DNA from: Candidatus Binatia bacterium
Lineage (GTDB): Bacteria > Desulfobacterota > Binatia > Bin18
NCBI GenBank assembly: GCA_963667495.1
Contig: OY763426.1
Span: 2,009,039 to 2,073,038 of the forward strand
DNA length: 64,000 nt
Reading direction: 5' to 3'
Every line of letters begins with the position of its first letter. The stretch's first letter is position 1. Positions 60,557 through 64,000 of this stretch are shown here, one piece after another. The notes beneath the pieces are model-generated. The model was given only the letters and a program-made list of their open reading frames with translations. It was not told the DNA's origin and did no database searches. Made by a program: the position numbers and the translations under genes.

Positions 60557-61756
60557 ATGCGTCTGGCACCACGTTTGGATCAGGTCAAACCATCGCCGAC
60601 CCTCATGGTCACGGTGAAAGTCGCGGCGCTCCGCCGCGAGGGGATTGAGGTCATCGATTTTGGAGCTGGCGAGCCCGACTTTGATACCCCGGAGCATATT
60701 AAAGACGCGGCTATTGCGGCGCTCAAACAAGGCAAGACCAAGTATACGCCGGTTGGCGGTACCGCGGACGTCAAAGAGGCCATTATTGCGAAACTCCAGC
60801 GAGACAATAGCCTTGAGTATGCCCTCCCGGAAGTCACGACCGGTTGCGGGGGGAAACACATCCTCTTTAACGCCTTTCATGCCTTGGTCGGCCCTGGAGA
60901 TGAAGTCCTCATCCCGGCGCCCTATTGGGTCAGCTATTCCGATATCGCGGTCCTGGCCGGTGGGACACCAAAACTCCTACCCACAACGGAAGACACGGGC
61001 TTCAAAATTACGGCCGCTCAACTCCACGCCGCACTCGGTCCGCACAGCAAGGTGCTGTTACTCAACAGCCCGTCCAACCCGACGGGCGCCGCCTACACCG
61101 AAGACGAACTCAGCCGGATTGCCGAGGTGATCGAGTCCAGCGCGCTGTTCACCATCTCTGACGACGTGTACGAGAAGTTTTTATACGACGCCCCGCGCTG
61201 TGCCCATTTGCTCAGCCTCAAGCCGGGTCTGCGCGACCGGCTGCTGGTGGCCAATTCGGTCTCAAAAACCTACGCCATGACCGGCTGGCGTCTGGGCTAT
61301 GCCGCCGGACCTCAGGAAGTCATCAAGGCGATGGAAACCATCCAGAGCCAGAGCACCTCAAACCCGAACTCAATTGCCCAGGCCGCGGCGATTGAAGCCC
61401 TGACCGGCGACCAGGAACCGGTCGGCGTCATGGCTAAGGAGTTTGCCAAGCGACGCAATTATGTGGTTGACCGACTCCGGGCCATCCCCGGTATCAGTTG
61501 TACGCTGCCGGAAGGCGCGTTTTATGTCTTTCCACGGGTCGCGGGTTGCTTCGGGCCCAGGTGGCAGGGCAAACCCATTGCATCGGCCATGGACTTCTCG
61601 TTGTATCTCCTGGAAGAAGCCAAGGTTGCGCTAGTAGCCGGTGAGGGATTTGGCTCCGCGGAGCACGTCCGTATTTCGTATGCCACTTCCATGCAGAACC
61701 TGGAGCAGGGCCTCAATCAGATAGAGGCCGCGCTCCAGCGCCTGAGCGGAACGTAG
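60557..61756 (+). CDS. PLP-dependent aminotransferase class I (aspartate aminotransferase-like)
   Basis: GEPDFDTP, NSPSNPTG, SDDVY, SKTYAMTGWRLG. Confidence 0.92.
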   Translation: MRLAPRLDQVKPSPTLMVTVKVAALRREGIEVIDFGAGEPDFDTPEHIKDAAIAALKQGKTKYTPVGGTADVKEAIIAKLQRDNSLEYALPEVTTGCGGKHILFNAFHALVGPGDEVLIPAPYWVSYSDIAVLAGGTPKLLPTTEDTGFKITAAQLHAALGPHSKVLLLNSPSNPTGAAYTEDELSRIAEVIESSALFTISDDVYEKFLYDAPRCAHLLSLKPGLRDRLLVANSVSKTYAMTGWRLGYAAGPQEVIKAMETIQSQSTSNPNSIAQAAAIEALTGDQEPVGVMAKEFAKRRNYVVDRLRAIPGISCTLPEGAFYVFPRVAGCFGPRWQGKPIASAMDFSLYLLEEAKVALVAGEGFGSAEHVRISYATSMQNLEQGLNQIEAALQRLSGT

Positions 61757-61879
61757 GAGCCCTACTACTCGAAAACACACTCTGTGGGGGAGTATGCCCA
61801 TCCACAAAGTCTTACCGAAATGCCGAAGTGACGCGGCCCGCTCACCTCGGAGCCGCGTTCCTGTTCCTTGCTACTCGAA

Positions 61880-62176
61880 TTACAGCCCGTCGACCAGGAC
61901 AATCTCGGCCTCGGAGCCGGTCTGGCGCAGCTTAATCAGTGGGGTGTACTCCGGGTCGTTATACCAAGCCCGGGCGGCCTCCAGGGACGGAAACTCAACG
62001 ACGACCATCACCCGGCCGGTCGGCGTTGTGCCTTCCACGACATCCATCTCCCCTCCGCGTACCAGGTAGCGCCCTCCGTGCTTCTGCACCAGGGCCTCAA
62101 CCTTCGGTCCGTACTCTGCCACCCAAGCGGGATCACTTACATCTACTCCACCAACGAGATAGGCGGGCATACTCAT
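61880..62176 (-). CDS. DUF1330 domain protein
   Basis: GGRYLVRGG, VVEFPS.EAARAWY..PEY. Confidence 0.9.
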   Translation of the reverse strand: MSMPAYLVGGVDVSDPAWVAEYGPKVEALVQKHGGRYLVRGGEMDVVEGTTPTGRVMVVVEFPSLEAARAWYNDPEYTPLIKLRQTGSEAEIVLVDGL

Positions 62177-62292
62177 ATTCTCCTTTCGTCTTTACTGTAA
62201 TCTCATCTCTCCCAGTGCTTCTATCACACCGGGAACGCCGTGGTCACCCGCACCCCAGAGTCGTGCTCTGTTCCGCTTTTCTCCCCCGTGCC

Positions 62293-63891
62293 TCACCCGT
62301 TGACTAGTTCCCAGGCCAATTTTTTCGCCGTCTCAAGGTCGGTCACAAAATGCTCTGAAGGAATGCGGTCATGGATACCGAACATCCGTAGCGCCTCCTC
62401 CGCCGAACCGGATAAGCCAACCACAACGCAGCCCTTGGCCTCCGTTTGGGAGACCGCGGCCAGATCCTCGATAACCAGGGCCGCACTATCGTCCATATAC
62501 GTGACGTCCGAAAAATCGAAGATGACCACCTCGTGGTCCTTGATATCCGCCCCGACCGACCGCGCCAGTTCCCGGGCAGATGCCACAGAAAAGTGGCCGG
62601 GGAGGGCGACGAGCCCGACGCGGGCATCGTAGGATTTCTCTGCCTCTGGAGAGACTATTGCATCCAGAAGCGGCACCGATACGACCTTCTTCAACTCTTC
62701 GGGTTCCAAGCGACGTGCGGAGACGAAGCCGGCCACGATCAGCCCCACACCAACCGCCATGATGAGATCGACAAACACAGTCAGCACCAGCGTCAGCAGC
62801 ATGATGATTACGTTTTCCGTCGCAGCTTGGTGAATCCGGAGCAGGAACCGCCAGTCGATGATGTCCCAGCCAACCTTCATCAGGATGCCGGCCAGGCAGG
62901 CTTCCGGTACTCGCTCGACGAGCGGGCCAAGGCCAAATATGAAGGCCAGGAGGAGTATGGCGTGTAAAGCCCCCGATATCGGCGTTCGCCCGCCGACCCG
63001 CACGTTGAGCACCGTTCGCATGGTCGCGCCCGCCCCAGGCATGACGCCGAGCAGACCGGCCGCCACGTTGCCCATGCCCTGACCAAACAATTCCCGGTCC
63101 GAGTTGTGTTGCGTCCGGGTCATGGAGTCGGCAACCAGGGAGGTCAACAAACTGTCGATGGAGTTCACCAGAGCGAGAATCAGAGCCGGCTCCAGCATTT
63201 CGAACAAAAATCCTCCGGACAGGACTGGCCATTGCGGCTCAGGAAACCCGGTAGGGACTTCGCCAATCACCGGTGCGCTGGGCAACCACAGCTCTGCCAC
63301 CAGCGTCCCGAGGATCAGGGCTATGAGCGGCGCGGGCAATGTGTTGTGGAGCCGCCGGGGCCAGAATATGCCAACCGCGAGTGCTAGGCTGGCGATGACC
63401 AGGGCACTCGGGTTGACGTTGCGCAACGCCTCTGGCCAGGCATGGACAGCGTGGAGCGGTTCGCCCGCCATCGGTGTCCCCAGAAAGGGCAAGGTCTGAA
63501 GGAGAATGATGATAATGCCGATGCCGGACATAAACCCCGAGACAACCGAATACGGCGTATAGGTCACGAACCGTCCGAATCTGAGCAGGCCGAAAGCAAT
63601 CTGGAACAGCCCGCTCAATATGACGATGGTCGCGACCTCGGCCAGATTGTCGGCATGCTGGGCAACGATGACCGCCGTGGCAATGGCGGTCGGCCCGGTG
63701 GGCCCGGATATCTGCGTCGGCGTTCCGCCCAGCACCGCGGCCAGGAATCCGACCACTATCGCGCCGTATAATCCGGCGACCGGACCCAAACCGGAGGCCA
63801 CGCCAAAGGCCAGGGCCAGTGGCAAGGCCACCACGGCCGAGGCGATACCTCCGAAGATGTCCCCGCGCAGGGTTTTCAGATCAAATAGCAT
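62293..63891 (-). CDS. SulP family anion transporter with STAS domain
   Basis: ALPLALAFG, QISGPTGP, SVVSGFMSGIG, REL.GQG.GN, GATMRT. Confidence 0.93.
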   Translation of the reverse strand: MLFDLKTLRGDIFGGIASAVVALPLALAFGVASGLGPVAGLYGAIVVGFLAAVLGGTPTQISGPTGPTAIATAVIVAQHADNLAEVATIVILSGLFQIAFGLLRFGRFVTYTPYSVVSGFMSGIGIIIILLQTLPFLGTPMAGEPLHAVHAWPEALRNVNPSALVIASLALAVGIFWPRRLHNTLPAPLIALILGTLVAELWLPSAPVIGEVPTGFPEPQWPVLSGGFLFEMLEPALILALVNSIDSLLTSLVADSMTRTQHNSDRELFGQGMGNVAAGLLGVMPGAGATMRTVLNVRVGGRTPISGALHAILLLAFIFGLGPLVERVPEACLAGILMKVGWDIIDWRFLLRIHQAATENVIIMLLTLVLTVFVDLIMAVGVGLIVAGFVSARRLEPEELKKVVSVPLLDAIVSPEAEKSYDARVGLVALPGHFSVASARELARSVGADIKDHEVVIFDFSDVTYMDDSAALVIEDLAAVSQTEAKGCVVVGLSGSAEEALRMFGIHDRIPSEHFVTDLETAKKLAWELVNG

Positions 63892-64000
63892 AGCTCTTCG
63901 GCTTCTTGGTTCGGCATTCCCAAAGGATCGCCGAGAAATTGCAATACGTTTTTACAAATACAGTTTGTCCTGAGCAAGGGAGGGCCGCCGCGTGACATTA

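Overview
Bacterial chromosomal window, GC-rich by eye. The gene content (cofC and an F420-type LLM enzyme, several CoA transferases and crotonases, a DUF1329-like secreted protein, many TA modules) suggests a Deltaproteobacteria/Binatota-like organism; this is inference only. The backbone is housekeeping and metabolic: msrP, comM/yifB, queE, HU, ptsP, thiD, alkA, fhs, typA, then accA and pheA-hisC-tyrA-aroA-cmk-rpsA-ihfB, plus miaA, cofC, thiolase-rsmD-coaD-aspC and sulP. Three accessory islets interrupt it. (i) 0.1-1.9 kb: a BrnTA-type TA pair between 32-bp direct repeats, and an internally deleted MmeI-like RM gene. (ii) 35.3-36.6 kb: an internally deleted Abi/DRT-type reverse transcriptase remnant and a VapBC pair. 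(iii) About 40.7-46.2 kb: an island that separates a normally adjacent AAA ATPase/VWA gene pair. This island carries the best candidate for an undescribed system: a tightly coupled operon of an unknown 192-aa protein, a QatC-like QueC-family ligase, an XRE-HTH/ImmA-IrrE metallopeptidase fusion and a PIN protein, followed by a second PIN/NYN-type protein. The operon is driven by a TTGACA promoter overlapped by a palindromic operator, and it has no QatA, QatD or CD-NTase. A 54-bp palindromic repeat family brackets one crotonase gene and supplies stop codons. Single-base frameshifts in homopolymers of rpsA and coaD point to sequencing error. No tRNA, rRNA or CRISPR array was recognised.
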